Source of the DNA: Octopus vulgaris
Lineage: Eukaryota
DNA length: 64,000 nt
NCBI GenBank assembly: GCA_951406725.2
Contig: OX597818.1
Coordinates: forward strand, 48,670,001 to 48,734,000
Direction of reading: 5' to 3'
Shown here: positions 47,150 through 60,696 of the stretch, piece after piece
Layout: each line of letters starts with the position of its first letter
Numbering within the stretch: the stretch's first letter is position 1
Notes under the pieces: generated by a model
Database searches by the model: none
What the model was told of the DNA's origin: nothing
The model's input: only the letters and a program-made list of their open reading frames with translations
Program-made: the position numbers and the translations under genes

Positions 47150-47290
47150 CTTCCCCAGTATTCTGGAATTCCTGCACTTGTTAACTAGCTGTACTTCAGG
47201 TGGAATATTAATGGTATCAGTTTCATTAGTCTCAGCTAAATTATACAGGATATAGGCATGGGGGAGTCCTTTCTGCTAGACTGAGATAGC
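47150..47290 (-). pseudogene. Possible decayed Helitron Rep fragment
   Basis: Translates to SV*QKGLPHAYIL and, after a frameshift, SAGIPE, resembling Helitron Rep motif VEWQKRGLPHAHIL...SAEIPD. Confidence 0.4.
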
Positions 47291-47899
47291 AAAATAAACA
47301 ATGCTTTTGTAATTAGGTCATTCTACTCATCTTTAATCTGATTTATAAAGGATTTCTAACACTAGCACAAAAATACAATTAAAGATTAGGATGAAGGGTA
47401 ATTATAGTCAATTAATTAATTCCAGTACTTGACTGGCACTTTATTTTATCAACTCCAGAAAGATGGAAACTAAATTGTCCAAGGTGGCATTGCAACTCAA
47501 AATTTTAATGACCAGAACTAAAATATTGTATGACAGTATTCATTGTTCTAAAGATCCTGACAATACATTAAAAAGATATTTGTGTATGTTATAAATAACA
47601 TACAACAAATATGTTTTTTCTTGAGTGGCTTTATCTACTGAATAGCTGTAATTTGAGAAGTGGCACTGATAAAAGAGTCTTATTAACTGATTATTTTTTC
47701 CCCTTACCACATAGTTATGTGGCTTGCATTAACAAAACCAGTTTCCATACAAGATAGATGCTTTGAAAACTAATTATATAATTAAGTGAACTTGACAATG
47801 AAATTATTAAGGGCTCTGATGCGAGAGCTAATTAATTAAAAGAAGGGCCAAACATGTATAGAAGGTAATTAAAATGAAGATTATATAAATATGCTATTT

Positions 47900-48101
47900 G
47901 ATTACTCTTTTACTTGTTTCAGTCATTTGATTGCGGCCATACTGGAGTACCGCCTTTATTCTTTGTAAGCCTAGTACTTATTCTATCAGTCTCTTTTTGC
48001 CAAACTGCTAAGTTATGGGGACATAAACACACCAGCATCGGTTGTCAAGCGATATTGGGGGACAAACACAGACACACAAACATACACACACACACATATA
48101 T

Positions 48102-48161
<60 letters not shown>

Positions 48162-48331
48162 GTATATACATATATACGATGGGCTTCTTTCAGTTTCCGT
48201 CAACCAAATCCACTCACAAGGCTTTGGTGGGCCCGAGGCTATAGTAGAAGACATTTGCCCAAAGTACCACGCAGTGAGACTGAACCCGGAACCATGTGGT
48301 TCGTAAGCAAGCTACTTACCACACAGCCACT
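47900..48331 (-). mobile_element. SINE family B
   Basis: Reverse-complement copy with an expanded CA/TA tract. Confidence 0.87.
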
Positions 48332-48417
48332 TTCAAGAATATTATTATTTAAATTTAACTGCAAACTGAAATTCAAATTAGTCTCTCTATCTCCCCTCCT
48401 CTTTCTCTCATACTCAT

Positions 48418-48458
<41 letters not shown>

Positions 48459-48794
48459 GAGATACACATATGCGCACATAAACACACACACATACAATTC
48501 TGTGTGTATGTAGTCAGTGACATATGTAATATTGATTTCATATTGTGTGGCATAAGGCCAGTAATTACAGAGGCGAGGCTAAGTTGATTACATCAATCCA
48601 AGTGCTGGACTGGCACTAATTTTAGTGACCCTGAAAGGACGGAAAGCAAAGTTGACCTCAGCAGAATTTGAACTCAGAATGTAAAGCTGGATGAAAAGCT
48701 GCAAAGCATTCTGCCCAGTGTGCTAATGATTCTGCTGGCCCACCGTCTTAATGGCATATGGAATATTACAAAGAATTTCTCTCCAGAGAAATTT

Positions 48795-49164
48795 GCTGAC
48801 GTGGCTGATGACGGCACTGCCTGACTAGCAACCATGGCAGTGGAACATTAATAGCACCACCCAAGCGTGATTGTTGCCAGGGCCGCTGACTGGCTCCTGT
48901 GCTGGTGGCACATAAAAAGCACCATTTGAGCATGGCCTTTGCCAGTACCGCCTGACTAGTCGTCGTGCTGATGGCGCGTAAAAGCGCCCACTACACTCTC
49001 GGAGTGGTTGGCATTAGGAAGGGCATCCAGCTGCAGAAACTCTGCCAGATCAGATTGGAGCCTGGTGCAGCCATCTGGCTCGCCAGTCCTCAGTTCAAAC
49101 CGTCCAACTCATGCCATCATGGAAAGCGGGCGTTAAACAATGATGATGATGATGATGATTATGA

Positions 49165-49168
<4 letters not shown>
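48795..49168 (+). mobile_element. RTE 3' UTR repeat
   Basis: Units plus (GAT)n tail. Confidence 0.85.
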
Positions 49169-49213
<45 letters not shown>

Positions 49214-49217
<4 letters not shown>

Positions 49218-49515
49218 CAAGGAAAAATTGTAAAAATGCAGAATGCTAAATTGAAAGAAAATTTTAATGAAATGAGAAATTGATAAAATATATAAATATA
49301 TATTAATTCAACCGGTTTTCGTCATAATGTGACTTTTCACATTATGTGAAAAGTCACATTATGACGAAAACCTGTTGAATTAATATATATTTATATATTT
49401 TATCAATTTCTCATTTCATTAAAATTTTCTTTCAATTTAGCATTCTGCAGTTTTACAATTTTTCCTTGCTTATCATTTCTCCACGTGCGGTCAACACAAC
49501 CCCACCATTTATTGA

Positions 49516-49518
<3 letters not shown>
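49214..49518 (+). mobile_element. Fold-back cassette (~125-bp arms, almost no spacer) with truncated hammerhead-like motifs and a short tail, in (TA)n
   Basis: 49214-49341 versus 49344-49473 inverted. Centre reads TGAAAA-GTCA-catta-TGAC-GAAA-ACCGGT. Tail contains CCACGTGC as in the Penelope 3' end at 23036. Confidence 0.8.
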
Positions 49519-49547
<29 letters not shown>

Positions 49548-49914
49548 ACGGTTAAGATGATGAATGCTCCAGTTGATCTGATTAGTGGATCAACCTGCTT
49601 GCAAAATTAACGTGTAAGTGGCTGAGCATTCCTCAGACGTGCATACCCTTAACGTAGTTCTCAGGGAGTTCTAGTGTGATGCAGAATGTGATAAGGCTGG
49701 CTCTTTGAAATAGACGTGCTATTCATTTTTACCAGCTGAATGGACTGGAACAATGTGAAATAAAGTGTCTTGCTCAAGGACACAGCATGTCACTGGGAAT
49801 CAAACTCACGACCTTACAATCATGAGCCAAATACTCTAACCACTAAGCCATTCACCTTTGCTACACACACACACACAATGCATGCACATACAGACACTCA
49901 TTTGTGCATACAGT

Positions 49915-50285
49915 GCTCCCTGACTGGCTCCTGTGTCGGTGGCACATAAAAATACCATCCAGACATGGTCGATGCCAGTACCCCCTGACTGGCTCCTGTG
50001 CTGGTGGCACGTAAAAAGCACCATTTGAACATGGTCGATGTTAGTACCGCCTGACTGGCTCCTGTGCCAGTGACACATAAAAAGCACCATCCGAACATAG
50101 TTGATGCCAGAGACCCCTGACTGGCTCCCATGCCAGTGGCATGTAAAAAGCACCCATTACACTCTTGGAGTGGTTGGCATTAGGAAGGGCATCAGGCTGT
50201 AGAAACCTTGCCAGATCAGACTGGAGCCTGGTGCAGCCTTCTGGCTTGCCAGTCCTCAGTGAACATCTCCAATGATGATGATGAT
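49915..50285 (+). mobile_element. RTE 3' UTR repeat with four ~65-bp units
   Basis: CCTGACTGGCTCCTGTG..GGTGGCAC..AAAAGCACCAT repeated. Confidence 0.85.
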
Positions 50286-51015
50286 ATACATACACTCAGA
50301 TAAGTACACATACTACATACACACCCACATATAAAGTTGACTGTGAGTTATTTCCATAAATTTTAGTCTTCACTGCATGTGTAAGCTAATTAGAATAGAT
50401 CAGGTGCATTGGACAGTCTGTGCTGTCAGGTCAAATTGAGGAAAACTGAAATTGCATAAATAGGAGAGCCATTTATGACTGACAAAAGTATCTAATTAAT
50501 TTTAATTTGTTTACATATGCAGTGACAGCAAAAATCTATACCCCATAATAAACTTTAGGATCTAAAACAAACACTGCTAATGCATGTATATATATCACCA
50601 CCACCACCACCACCACCAAAACTGCCACCACCACCCACCACTACCACCACCACCAAAACCATCACCAAAACCACCACCACCACCACCAAAACCGCCGCCG
50701 CCGCCGCCACCACCATTATCATTTAACGTCCGTTTTTCCATGCTGGTATGGGTTGGACAGTTTGACCAGGGCTGGTAAGCCAAAGGACTGCACTAGACTC
50801 TAGTTACATTTAACTCAGTTTCTACAGCTAGATGCCCTTCCTAATACCAACCACTCCAAGAGTGTAATGTACATTTTTACATGCCCTCGGCATGGGTGCC
50901 AGTTACGTGACACCAGCATCAGCCACGACTACTATTTCATTTAGCTTGATAGGTCTTCTTCTCAAGTACAGTATATTGCCAAAAGTCTCAGTCATTTGGT
51001 ATTGCCTCCATGAAG

Positions 51016-51430
51016 GCAACGAGCTGGCAGAAGCGTTAGCACACCGGGCGAAATGTCTGGCGGTATTTTGTCTGCTGCTACGTTCTGAGTTCAAATTCCG
51101 GCAAGGTCGACTTTGCCTTTCATCCTTTCGGGGTCAATAAATTAGGTACCAGTTGCGCACTGGGGTCGATATAATCGACTTAATCCGTTTGTCTGTCCTT
51201 GTTTGTCCCCTCTGTGTTTAGCCCCTTGTGGGTAGTAAAGAAATAGGTATTTTGTCTGCCGCTAATGTTCTGAGTTCAAATTCCGCTGAGGTCAACTTTG
51301 CCTTTCATCCTTTCGGGGTCGATAAATTAAGTACCAGTTGCGCACTGAGGTCGATGTAATTAACTTAATCCGTTTGTCTGTCCTTATTTGTCCTCTCTGT
51401 GTTTAGCCCCTTGTGGGTAGTAAAGAAATA
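51016..51430 (+). mobile_element. Dimeric SINE family A inserted in an RTE UTR copy (50720-51490, -), with TSD
   Basis: GGTATTGCCTCCATGAAG duplicated at 50998-51015 and 51431-51448; the second unit starts at an internal GGTATT (51246). Confidence 0.88.
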
Positions 51431-52221
51431 GGTATTGCCTCCATGAAGCCCAGTGCTCGAAAGGGGCTTTTTACATGCCACCAGCATACATGTATGGACG
51501 GATGCATGAGTACATGCTTTGCAATTATGCAGTTCCAGGTTCAGTCCCACTGTATGACACCTTGAACATCTTTTACTATAATCCTTGAGTAGACCACTGC
51601 TTTGGATATTGGAAACTATGTGGAAGCCTATTATAAATATGTGTGTGTGTGTGTCTTTGAATTTCTGTCTTGGTGTTTGTGTTTGTCCCCCACTATCACT
51701 TGGATAGTGGTGTTGGTTTGTTTACATTCTTGTAACTTAGTGGTTCAGCAAAAGATGCCAATATAATAAAGATCAGACTTTTAAAAAAATAAACAGTGGG
51801 GCTCAATTTGTTGAGTAAATCCTTCAAGGTGGTGCCCCAGTATGACCACAGTCCAACAGCTGAAACAAATAGAGGATAAAAGATATGATGCAATACAAAA
51901 AGGAAAAAAAAAAGAAAAGAAAAATAAGTATAAAACCAAACGTAAGACATATGTACTTATACTAAAGCATGGTAGTAAAAAGAATGTGAGTGACTTTGAA
52001 GTAATGTGTGTGTAGGTTGTTAGCAGCATGTTGTTTTGTTAGGTTGGAGAGAAAGAATAATGGAATAAAGAAGTATATGAAACGTGTAATGTTATGAATA
52101 TAATTGGTTGAAAGTAGATGTTTAAAGATTAAACACGCATATAAACACGCATAATAGCATACTTGTATTCATATATGTGTACATGTTCATTTACAGTTGT
52201 CCATATGTACATCCATAGCAT

Positions 52222-52278
<57 letters not shown>

Positions 52279-52305
52279 TATATATATATATATATATGTA
52301 TATGT

Positions 52306-52592
52306 GGATGCGCAATGGCCCAGTGGTTAGGGCAGCGGACTTGTGGTCGTAGGATCGCAGTGTCGATTCCCGTGAGTGTTTATTGAGCGAAAACACCTAA
52401 AGCTCCACGAGTCTCCGGCAGAGTGGTGGTGGCGATCCCTGCTGTACTCTTTCGCCACAACTTTCTCTCACTCTTTCTACTGTTGGCCTGCTTGCTTAAC
52501 CAGCGGGGTGGCGTCATTTGAAGGCTAAAACAATGCAAAGCGCATTGTGACCAGCGATGTGTAACAACATTTGATAGCCTGGTCAGTCATGG
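52306..52592 (+). mobile_element. SINE family D
   Basis: GCGCAATGGCCCAGTGGTTAGGGCAGCGGAC head; homologous to 25643-25941. Confidence 0.83.
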
Positions 52593-52610
52593 TGATAGAT
52601 ATATATATAT

Positions 52611-53865
52611 GAAGATGTACTACTAGACATAGATGAAGTGGACACAAACTCAACTGCTGGTCCTGATGGTTTTCCAGCAATCCTTCTCAAAGAGTGTAAG
52701 CATGCCCTGGCAAAACCCCTCAAGATTCTCTTCCAGAGCTTTCTTACAAATGGCAAACTGCCAAGCAAGCTGAAGGAGGGAATAATATGCCCAATACATA
52801 AAGTGGGAAGTAGAGCAGATGCCAAAAACTATAGGCCTATCTCTCTGACTTCACACATCAGCAAAGTCATGGAACGGATAGTCAGAAATAAACTAATTGC
52901 ATTCCTTGAGGAAAATAACTTGCTGAGTGATACCCAGCATGGTTTTCGACCAGGTAGGAGCTGCCTGACCCAGCTCTTACAACATTATGACTGGGTGTTG
53001 AGACAGTTACTCAACAAATCAAATGTGGATGTAATATACCTTGATTTTGCAAAAGCTTTTGACAAGGTGTTTCATGGTATGATATGCCACAAATGTCCTC
53101 GGCATAGCTGGAAAACTTGGAGTGTGGTTACATGACTTCCTGAAAGATAGGAGTCAGGCAGTAGTGGTTAATGGAGCCACCTCTATGAACACACACTGTC
53201 TTGGGACCACTGCTTTTTATAGTGGCCCTCTCAGATATGCCCTCAAATGCCCGGATAGCCACTCTGGCAAGCTATGCAGACGATACAAAAGTCTCACAGA
53301 AAATACAGAACCCCAGCGATGTTGCACACCTGCAGCAGGAGTTGGACTCAATCTACAGATGGGCTGAGGATAATAATATGCAGTTTAATGCTGAAAAATT
53401 CCAGCCCTGCGCTACCAGCATCCAAAACTGAATATTAAACTTACAGGGTACATCGGTCCACAGGGAATTTCAATCCCAGAGCCTAAGTCTGTGAAGGATC
53501 TGGGTATCGACATGAGTGATGATACCTCTTTCCAAGTGCACATCACCAGGATGGTGACAAAGTGCAGACGACTGGCTGGATGGATCTTAAGATCATTCAG
53601 AACCAGAGATAAGGAAACCATGATGGTCCTCTGGTGGGCATTCGTCCTCAGCCGCCTGGATACTGCTCACAGCTATGGTCACCCACCAGTGTGAAATTAA
53701 CAGAGGACCTTGAAGCAATCCAGAGAAGATTCACAAAGAAGATCGTCTCTTTGCAACAGCTCAGCTACAGGGAAAGGTTGAAACAACTAAGACTCTACTC
53801 CCTGGAGAGAAGACGGGAGAGGTATGCAGTAATATATATCTGGAAGATCCTGGAAGGAATTGTGC
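52611..53865 (+). pseudogene. Frameshifted CR1/L2-group LINE reverse transcriptase (second family)
   Basis: AGPDG, NYRPISLTSHISKVMERIV, QHGFRPGRSCLTQLL, YLDFAKAFDKV, LGPLLF, SYADDTK, KDLGI across several frames. Cut at the 3' side by a family B SINE fragment. Confidence 0.9.
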
Positions 53866-54215
53866 CTTTAGTCGAGCAAATCGACCCCAGGACTTATTCT
53901 TTGTAAGCCTAGTACATATTCTATCAGTCTCTTTTGCCGTAAAGACGGTGAAAATATTGTCAATTTCCCCAAACAGGGACACAATTCAATTTTTAAACAA
54001 TAACCAAAGCCCCTTCACCGAAAGGGGGAGGGTTATGGTTTACAATTATTTAACAAATGCAACACAATGTTTCCCTTACGAGGAACCAACAAACATGATT
54101 ACAATAGTCAAACAGTAATAATAATAATAACAACAAACCTTTTTAATTTATTCCCATTTATGTGAAACCACTTATTCAAGTTGAAGTCATTGATGCAATT
54201 TTATACGAATTGCTA

Positions 54216-54272
<57 letters not shown>

Positions 54273-54697
54273 ATAAGGGTGAAAAATTGAATATTAATTT
54301 GATTAATATGAATTGAAAACCAGTGGTGTAGCATATAAGACCATAGTGGATCTTCTAGCAAAATGGATGACCACTTGTTAATGGTTCATCCCTGTTATAT
54401 AATACTTTCACTTTAATAGTTTCAGTATTAAAATGAAAGTGTCTGCATTACAATAGAGAGATGTTTTTGCTTCACTTTTAACACGTAATACTGAAATAGT
54501 GGAGAAGATATGATATTGCTAGGCAAAAAGTTAAAATTTTAAAAGTTAAAAGTCTTATATATATACATACATATACACACATACATATACGTGTACATGT
54601 GTGTGTATGTGTGTGTAACTTAATGAGCTCATAAAGAAGACAACACATGAGGGACAAATTTTAACAAATGTTGTATTAGTTTAGAAGGGAAAGTATG

Positions 54698-54732
54698 TTG
54701 ACATTTCAGACAAAAGGCCTTCATCAGGAAAA
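54698..54732 (-). ncRNA. Decayed minimal hammerhead motif
   Basis: Minus strand ttc-CTGATGA-AGGC-ctttt-GTCT-GAAA-TGTC (GAAACGTC after CpG decay); stem I is poor. Confidence 0.4.
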
Positions 54733-55407
54733 AAATAAATAAATAAAGTAAAAAAAAAGTCAGTGGAAAAAGTAAAAAGAATGAGAAAAGGTGGTTGGTA
54801 AAAAAGAGACATGGGGCAAGAAGCACAAGTGAAAAGTCTGTGAAGGTTGTAAGATAACTGAAAATTGTTTGCTGTACATGTCACATGTGAACGATGAAAG
54901 CGCAGAGAAAAGTGTTATTTCATTTAAAAGGATTTTGCTAAAATAGTATGTTACACAGTAGGAAAGAGTCTTAAGATGGTGAAGTGATAAAATCCAGTGG
55001 AGAATTTCAGAGGTGAAATAGGTTGTGAAGAAGTGTAAGTGAACTGGATTACCACATGTTGGGGACAGAAGTGAACTGATGTCATGGATTGACATGTGGC
55101 AGATGCAGAAGCGAGTAGAGTGTAACACAAGGGGAGAAAATAAGGAGTAGATTGAAAAGTGAGTGCATGTGTGTATATTAGTGTATGTGTGTATCTGTGT
55201 CAGTGCAAAAAGTGGTAGTCAAGTGGAGTGGAGGCATTGATAGTGTGAGAAAGCAGGCTGAAAGGGTCAAGGGTAAAGACTGACTGCTGTATTGGGCAAC
55301 TGTTAAACCAGGTAAGAAAGTGTTAAGTACTGTTGTCAAGCAAAGTAGAAGTGGTAGGTGGGAGGAAGGTGAGGAGTGGGAAAGTAGGATCAAACTCAGT
55401 TGCGGCT

Positions 55408-55742
55408 TAGACCCCCTTTGGTCATGACTGACCATGGGATTGCACCTAGAAAGTTACCCTCCCAGGCACAAGTCCAGGCAAGGTTGTTTATGGAAGACCA
55501 GCAGTTGCCCATGCATACCAGCCTCCCCTCTCCATGCCACCAGTGTTATCCAAGGGAAAGACAAAGGCCGATACAGCTTGGCACCTGTGATGTCACAACT
55601 CATTTCTACAACTGAGTGAACTGGAGTAACGTGAAGTAAAGTGTCTTGCTCAAGAACACAACACGCAGCCCAGTCTGGGATTTGAACTCACAAACTCACG
55701 ATCGTAAGCTCAATGCTCTAACCACTGGGCCATGCGCCTTCA
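55408..55742 (-). mobile_element. SINE family C variant
   Basis: Head GAAGGCGCATGGCCCAGTGGTTAGAGC on the minus strand. Confidence 0.82.
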
Positions 55743-55752
55743 CAGTACTCAA

Positions 55753-55860
55753 TACTTGACTGGTACTTGAGTACTTGACTGGTACTTGAGTACTTGACTG
55801 GTACTTGAGTACTTGACTGGTACTTGAGTACTTGACAGGTACTTGAGTACTTGACTGGTA
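55753..55860. repeat. 19-bp minisatellite (GGTACTTGAGTACTTGACT), about 5.7 copies
   Basis: Directly visible; lies at the end of a decayed family A-like SINE. Confidence 0.92.
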
Positions 55861-56018
55861 TTATATCTATTGAGCCCTGGAAAGATGAGAGGCATAGTTG
55901 AGCTTGGATGGGTTTGATCTTAGAGATCAGTGACCTGGAAGAAATACTACAAAGCATTATATCCAGCATTCTAACAACTCAGCCAATTAGCAATCTTATG
56001 TGTATATATGTATGTGTA

Positions 56019-56054
<36 letters not shown>

Positions 56055-56081
56055 TGTATGTATGTATGTATGTATGTATGC

Positions 56082-56114
<33 letters not shown>

Positions 56115-56183
56115 TGTATTATGTATATATCTATAACATATACACAGATATACACATACATACAAATACATGTGAGTGCACAT

Positions 56184-56222
<39 letters not shown>

Positions 56223-56350
56223 TATAGATATATATGCACACATATAGTTATTGACACACATTTACAAACACATGTATATATGCAAACCTTCATATACACG
56301 TATTTATAAATTCAGGTACATACATGTATACACATATACACATACATGCA

Positions 56351-57737
56351 TATACATCTATCCTTATATACATTAACACATATATATACATTAACACATA
56401 TATATATACATTATCACATATATATACATCTATCCTTATATACATTAACACATATATATACATTAACACACATATATATACATTATCACATATATATACA
56501 TCTATCCTTATATACATTAACACATATATATACATTAACACACATATATATACATTATCACATATATATACATCTATCCTTATATACATTAACACATATA
56601 TATACATTAACACACATATATATACATTATCACATATATATACATCTATCCTTATATACATTAACACATATATATACATTAACACATATATATACATTAT
56701 CACAAGAAAGCTCCTACCCCTACTGGCAACAAATGGTCTCTCCCTCAGAGCAAAAGGTAGATTGTATGATGCATGTGTGCGAACTGCCATGCTTCACGGT
56801 AATGAAACATGGGCTGTGACTGCAGAAGACATGCGTAGACTTGAAAGAAATGAAGCTAGCATGATCCGCTGGATGTGTAGTGTCAGTGTGCACGCAAAAC
56901 AGAGTGTAAGTATCCTGAGAGAAATGCTGGATATAAGAAGCATCAGATGTGGTGTGCAAGAGCGACGCTTGCGATGGTATGGTCATGTGCTGCGGATGGA
57001 TGAAGAGAGATGTGTGAAGAAGTGCCACTCCCAAACAGTTGAAGGTATCAGGGGGAGAGGTAGACCCAGGAAGACATGGGATGAGGTGGTCAAGCATGAC
57101 CTCAGAGCATTGGGCCTCACTGAGGCAATGGCGAAGGACCGAGATCTCTGGAGATATGCTGTGACTACAAAGACCCGGGCTGCTTTCTGCAGCAATTCCA
57201 CATACCCCCTACCCATTCTAAGTACCCCGGATCCCCAAAGTACCCTGGATCCCCAAAGTACCCCGATCCCCAAAGTACCCCGGACCTCGTTGCCCCCGTG
57301 CCGCTGACACGTTAAAATGCTCGAACCGATCGTGACGATGCCGGACCCTCCGGCCCCTGTGCAGGTGGCACGTAAAAAGCACCCAATCCACTCACGGAGT
57401 GGTTGGCGTTAGGAAGGGCATCCAGCCGTAGAAACTCTGCCAGATTCAGACTGGAGCCTGGTGCGGCCCCTGGCTTCCCAGACCCGGTCAAACCGTCCAA
57501 CCCGTGCTAGCGCGGAAAGCGGACGTTAAACGATGATGATGATGATGATGATGATGATATACATCTATCCTTATATACATTAACACATATATATACATTA
57601 ACACATATATATACATTATCACATATATATACATCTATCCTTATATACATTAACACATATATATACATTATCACATATATATACATTAACACATATATAT
57701 ACATCTATCCTTATATACATTAACACATATATATATA
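56351..57737. repeat. 72-bp TA/CA-rich minisatellite interrupted by an RTE insertion
   Basis: TATACATCTATCCTTATATACATTAACACA... recurs every 72 bp from 56351 to 56704 and resumes at 57558. Confidence 0.92.
56705..57557 (+). mobile_element. Young 5'-truncated RTE LINE: open C-terminal ORF, 3' UTR and (GAT)n tail
   Basis: KGRLYDACVRTAMLHGNETW, ERRLRWYGHVLRM, RGRGRPRKTW; continues through an 18-bp tandem repeat (57220-57284) into the GAT-tailed repeat. Confidence 0.92.
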
Positions 57738-57899
57738 CATACACAAAGTGGCTAATTGGTAGGCTTATTAGTGTGTTTGATATAATACCTTGTGGTATTT
57801 ATTTATTGCAGATTTCTGTTCACTGAATTCAAACCCATTTGAGATCAACTTTGCCTCTCATCTTTCCAGAGCTAATAATTAAAATACCAGTTTGATATT

Positions 57900-57901
57900 C
57901 C

Positions 57902-57961
<60 letters not shown>

Positions 57962-57989
57962 TTTCTCTTTCTTTCTTTCTATCTTACAT

Positions 57990-58037
<48 letters not shown>

Positions 58038-58055
58038 ACTTTCCTTTCTTTCTTA

Positions 58056-58094
<39 letters not shown>

Positions 58095-58492
58095 TTCCTT
58101 CATCTCCTACTCATCTTCTGCCTTCTCTCATACCTCTCCACCTCTACTACTGCCACGACTTTTAAAAATTCTTCTTTTTCTTCATCTTCTTCTTCTTCTT
58201 CTTCTTCTTCTTCTTCTTTCTACTACTTCTTCTTCTTCTTCCTTTACTTCTTTCTTTCTTTCTTCCTTCCTTCCTTTCTTTATTTCCTTCTTTCTTCCTT
58301 CCTTCCTTCCTTCCTTTCTTTCTTTCCTTTCCTTCCTTCCTTCCTTCCTTCCTTCCTTCCTTCCTTCCTTCCTTCTTTCTTTCTTTCTTCCTTTCCTTCC
58401 TTCCTTCCTTCCTTTCCTTTCCTTCCTTCCTTCCTTCCTTCCTTCCTTCCTTCCTTCCTTCCTTCCTTCCTTCCTTCCTTCCTTCCTTCCTT

Positions 58493-58551
<59 letters not shown>
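57900..58551. repeat. Polypyrimidine tract (TTTC)n/(TTC)n/(TTCC)n/(CT)n
   Basis: Directly visible, about 650 bp. Confidence 0.97.
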
Positions 58552-58556
<5 letters not shown>

Positions 58557-59141
58557 AGCCGTTTTAGATATGGAGAGAGATGGCTCTACAAACCTCTATA
58601 AAGTACTCACATGCTGTACGTCTCACCTCTGTCCCTGTCACTTCATCAACTGACTGTGAACCCCTCCACCATCAAATATATTCACAATTAAATCTGTGAG
58701 TATCTGTGTGTATGTATGAGTGTGTGCATGCATGTGTGTATTTGTGTGTTTGCGTGTGCAAGAATTTACATCTTATTTAATGTATACATAATGCTTGTTA
58801 CTATGTTACATTTAACAATTCTAAATACTGTTGGATTTTTCTCATAAGGTATTGGAATCTTACAGATATACCATTCTGCCTAAAACATGGATCTACAAAT
58901 TCAATATCCTTCTACATATCTCACATCTATTTTCTTTCCACCACCTCACTCGCTATTTTGTATCCTATCTAAATTAATTATTACTTAATCATCCTCTCAC
59001 ACCATCTCCAATGAAGGGATATAATTGATAAATATCTTGGAAACAGCTCCTCTATCTATAAATGTTCTAATATCTACATAGCCTTGGTTTTTTATCGTAT
59101 TACCAAAAAATTCTTATGTTACATTTATATACATTTACACT

Positions 59142-59155
59142 TATCTATCTATCTA

Positions 59156-59224
<69 letters not shown>

Positions 59225-59289
59225 ATCTATCTATCTATCTATCTATCTAAAGTCTATCTATCTATCTATCTATCTATCTGTCTCTCTGC

Positions 59290-59341
<52 letters not shown>
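59142..59341. repeat. (CT)n/(ATCT)n microsatellite
   Basis: Directly visible. Confidence 0.97.
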
Positions 59342-59342
<1 letters not shown>

Positions 59343-59459
59343 AATCAATATATCTATACAAATATTGGTTTCGAATTTTGGCACAAGGCCAGCAATTTCA
59401 GGGGAGGGAGGAAGTCAGTTAAATTGACCCCAGTGGTACTAGTTTAACTGACAAAATAC

Positions 59460-60549
59460 CTATTTTTTTACTACCCACAAGGGGCTAAACACAGAGAGGA
59501 CAGACAAAGACCGACAAAGGGATTAAGTCGATTATATCAACCCCAGTGCATAACTGGTACTTATTTAATCGACTCCGAAAGGATGAAAGGCAAAGTCGAC
59601 CTTGGCGGAATTTGAACTCAGAACGTAGCGGTAGACGAAATACCAATAACCATCCGAACGTGGCTGTATCCAATACCGCATCGACTGGCCTCCGTGCTGT
59701 GGGCACGTAACAAGCACCATCCGATCGTGGCCGTTCGCCAGCCTCGTCTGGCACCTGTGTCGGTGGCACATAAAAAACACCATCCGAGCGTAGCCGTCTG
59801 CCAGCCTTGTCTGGCACCTGTGTCGGTGGCACATAAAAAACACCATCCGAGCGTGGCCGTTTGCCAGCCTCGTCTGACACCTGTGTCGGTGGCACATAAA
59901 ATCACCCACTACACTCTCGGAGTGGTTGGCGTTAGGAAGGGCATCCAGCTGTAGAAACACTGCCAGATCCAACTGGCCTGGTGCAGCCTTCGGGCTCCCC
60001 AGACCCCAGTTGAACCGTCCAACCCATACTAGCATGGAAAGCGGACGTTAAATGATGATGATGATGATGATGATGATGAGCATTTTGCCTGGCATACTAA
60101 AGATTCTGCTAGATTGCACAAAGCTAGCAAGTTTGGAGAGAGGTTAAGTCAATTAACCCCACCCCAGTGCTTAACTGGTACTTATTATATCAACCCTGAA
60201 AGGACGAAAGGCAAAAATCAACCTCGGCAGAATTTGAACCCAGAACGTAAAGACAGATGAAATGCCACTTAGCATTTTGCCCAGCATGCTAACAATTCTA
60301 CCAGCTCACTGCCCTACTATCTGGCAAGCTGGTAGAATCGTTAGTACACTGGGCGAAATGCGTAGCTGTATTTTGTCTGCCCTTACGTTCTGAGTTCAAG
60401 TTCCGCTGAGGTCAACTTTGCCTCTCATCCTTTCGGAGTCGATAAATTAAGTACCAGTTACGCTCTGAGGTCGATGTAATCGACTTAATCCGTGCGTCTG
60501 TCTTTGTTTGTCCCCTCTGTGTTTAGCCCCTTGTGGGTAGTAAAGAAAT
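59460..60549. mobile_element. Cluster: family A SINE (-) split by an RTE UTR copy (59648-60079, +), then two more family A-type copies (60120-60315 -, 60325-60549 +)
   Basis: Matches to other copies; the RTE UTR has four ~61-bp units. Confidence 0.82.
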
Positions 60550-60696
60550 CTGTATTAATATCAATTTTGATGTTTGTTTTTATGTTAAGTTTTTATATAA
60601 ACAATTTTACATTAAACTGAAGGATTACTTAGCTGGCTGAAACTTCAGTCATTGTCAATAATATTCTTGTTAAAGAATAATAAATACTAGCACTCT

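Noticed and set aside
56324-57307. 327-aa ORF as a novel repeat-domain protein
   Set aside because: Chance fusion of a stop-free minisatellite frame to a truncated RTE C-terminus.
59006-59050. ATGAAG-GGATAT..ATATC-ttg-GAAACAGCT hammerhead relic
   Set aside because: Core, cleavage triplet and stem I are all broken; not distinguishable from chance without homologues.
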